From Alphaproteobacteria bacterium (GTDB taxonomy: Bacteria; Pseudomonadota; Alphaproteobacteria; CAAHEQ01; UBA3637), in contig JAZUQR010000028.1 in NCBI GenBank assembly GCA_045605805.1, forward strand, positions 1 through 27,182: 27,182 nt of DNA. The letters are read 5' to 3'. The notes beneath the pieces were generated by a model that worked only from the letters and a program-made list of their open reading frames with translations, was not told the origin of the DNA and did not search any database. Every line of letters starts with the position of its first letter. Position 1 is the first letter of the stretch. Of this stretch, positions 27,024 through 27,182 are shown one piece after another. Position numbers and translations under genes: made by a program.

Positions 27024-27182
27024 ATAAAAGGTTCGGGGGGTCCAAAATTTCGGAAAAAAGAAGGGAACGGTCAATAAAACCGTTCCCAAAGTGTCACTTT
27101 ACTTTTCTTGAACTCTTGTCAAATTTCGTGTTCTCCGTCTTCATTTGGGTTTTCCACTCGTTCAAGAATAAACTGTTCAATG
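26923..27182. repeat. Right copy of the direct repeat; start of a second phage copy, truncated by the window end
   Basis: Includes the terminator and the 3' end of gene 325-768 (27119-27182). Confidence 0.95.

Overview
The window holds one apparently complete, AT-rich (roughly one-third GC by eye) temperate siphovirus-like prophage of about 26.8 kb, almost entirely on the minus strand. It is preceded by about 128 bp of unique flank and bounded by a repeat of at least 260 bp (129-388 = 26923-27182, offset 26,794 bp), whose right copy looks like an intact attP leading into a second copy. From right to left it encodes a tyrosine integrase, a NUMOD1-like DNA-binding protein, a symmetric ~0.9 kb repeat and hairpin region (probable origin), an orphan EcoRI-family adenine methyltransferase (the only convincing + strand gene), a sugar module (GT29 sialyltransferase-like plus NeuA-like cytidylyltransferase), HNH, terminase (lambda GpA type), portal, a lysis cassette, a stand-alone NrdD glycyl-radical peptide, ClpP protease/scaffold, capsid, tail genes, tape measure and a -1 frameshifted chaperone. 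The main discovery is that four non-structural genes contain five in-frame TAG codons, while every other gene I call ends in TAA or TGA. Reading through TAG restores complete proteins, most clearly a NeuA-like enzyme whose N- and C-terminal motifs sit on either side of the TAG. This points to amber recoding or readthrough confined to the early/accessory module, with no suppressor tRNA visible in the window. All product calls come from motifs and gene order recognised by eye; no database searches were run.
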